Shown here: positions 63,450 through 64,000 of the stretch, one piece after another
Layout of the letters: the number at the start of each line of letters is the position of its first letter
How positions within the stretch are numbered: the first letter of the stretch is position 1
Origin: Clostridia bacterium
Lineage (GTDB): Bacteria; Bacillota; Clostridia; Christensenellales; UBA1242
Direction of reading: 5' to 3'
Assembly: GCA_045538455.1 (NCBI GenBank)
Contig: JAZSRL010000006.1
Location: 48,135 to 112,134, forward strand
Length of the DNA: 64,000 nt
Notes under the pieces: model-generated
The model's input: the letters and a program-made list of their open reading frames with translations, nothing else
Told to the model about the DNA's origin: nothing
Databases searched by the model: none
Program-made: the position numbers and the translations under genes

Positions 63450-64000
63450 TTACTTAACTTTTTCGTCAAGATAAGTACTTCCTATATCAGCCATGAACAT
63501 TAACAAGCTTAATGGAAATTTTTTGAATGCATCGGAAACAATATAACTACTTCCTGCATTGCGTGCATCATATGGTCCCATGTGCCAATTTATCGCCATA
63601 GCTTCTTCGCGGGTTAACTTCATAAAACTAGAAATTATATAAACAGATTTTTCACCGTGACCATAAGGCAAAGCATCATCAACCGTAAAATATGGTTCCT
63701 TAACCCATTCGCCATCACGCTTAACATTGCGATAATCGACTTTGTAAATATTAGCTTTGCAAACATCATGCAACAATGCAATTACGGCTATACCTTCATC
63801 GCTTATATTAAACTTTTCATCTGTAACAATTTTTTTCAAACGATGAAATACTTTGACAGAATGATCGACTAACCCGCCTTCAAAATTATTATGGAATTTA
63901 GTAGATGCGGGACAAGTAAAAAAGTCGGTACTTTCCAACCACTGTAATAATTTGTCTGCACCATCACGCTTAATATTTTGATTATAAATTTGAATAAATT
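63450..64000 (-). CDS. HD-domain phosphohydrolase (5' end runs off the window)
   Basis: The track gives 63450..63938 from a TTG, but the frame stays open to base 64000 (..IKRDGADKLLQWLESTDFFTCPASTKFHNNFEGGLVDHS). HD signature LLHDVCK. Confidence 0.7.
   Translation of the reverse strand, partial: FIQIYNQNIKRDGADKLLQWLESTDFFTCPASTKFHNNFEGGLVDHSVKVFHRLKKIVTDEKFNISDEGIAVIALLHDVCKANIYKVDYRNVKRDGEWVKEPYFTVDDALPYGHGEKSVYIISSFMKLTREEAMAINWHMGPYDARNAGSSYIVSDAFKKFPLSLLMFMADIGSTYLDEKVK

Noticed and set aside
1-64000. Alternative genetic code (TGA read as Trp, code 4), suggested by the low GC content and small proteins.
   Set aside because: An intact RF2 gene is present. TGA terminates well-supported CDS (clpC at 13636-13638, the sbcD-like gene at 19550-19552). 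No conserved protein needs read-through of TGA.
62481-64000. The Xer-family recombinase plus HD-domain gene as the edge of a prophage or integrative element next to spoIIGA-sigE.
   Set aside because: No phage structural or replication genes and no att repeats are visible before the window ends. The recombinase has the generic XerC/XerD architecture. The evidence is insufficient.

Overview
AT-rich (about two-thirds A+T by eye), very gene-dense chromosomal segment from a low-GC, endospore-forming Firmicute. It uses the standard bacterial code: RF2 is present and TGA is used as a stop, for example at clpC. I support about 68 CDS, two of which run off the window ends and are absent from the ORF track. 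There are five solitary tRNA genes: Arg-TCT, Gly-GCC, initiator-like Met-CAT, Tyr-GTA and Asp-GTC. Most have a recognisable sigma-A promoter and a hairpin terminator. I found no rRNA, CRISPR array, transposase or obvious prophage.

Most of the content is housekeeping:
- Proteostasis: hslU, mcsA-like/mcsB, clpC.
- Translation: tyrS, proS, alaS, prfB, tsaD, thiI, obg, era, ybeY.
- Other core functions: glyA, lgt, a pcrA-like helicase, galU, sodA, nifS.
- Sporulation: aspartokinase, a fused dipicolinate synthase, spoIIGA-sigE, yqfC-yqfD, floA.
- Transport: two ABC transporter operons (a heterodimeric exporter pair and an ABC-2 ATPase-permease pair) plus a permease-less ABC-like ATPase next to the PadR gene.
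- Repair: an SbcD/SbcC-like (YhaO/YhaN-type) pair.

No single canonical novel system stands out. The candidates I consider most worth follow-up are:
- a degenerate CD-NTase/SMODS-like nucleotidyltransferase coupled to an Ogg glycosylase;
- a tRNA-flanked pair of secreted proteins, one with an OMP-like beta-barrel segment;
- a solitary MazF toxin with no antitoxin;
- a membrane-anchored PadR regulator paired with a catalytically degenerate ABC ATPase and no permease;
- a Cys-less IscU next to NifS, and a ligand-less cytidine deaminase homolog;
- a single-chain DpaA-DpaB;
- a 22-codon ORF with a perfect Shine-Dalgarno sequence and its own terminator;
- two paralogous tail-anchored S8 proteases flanking tRNA-Asp.

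Many proteins are noticeably shorter than their Bacillus subtilis counterparts. Several divergent gene pairs have start codons only 10-40 bp apart. All calls come from reading the sequence and translations and from remembered family motifs. No database search was run.
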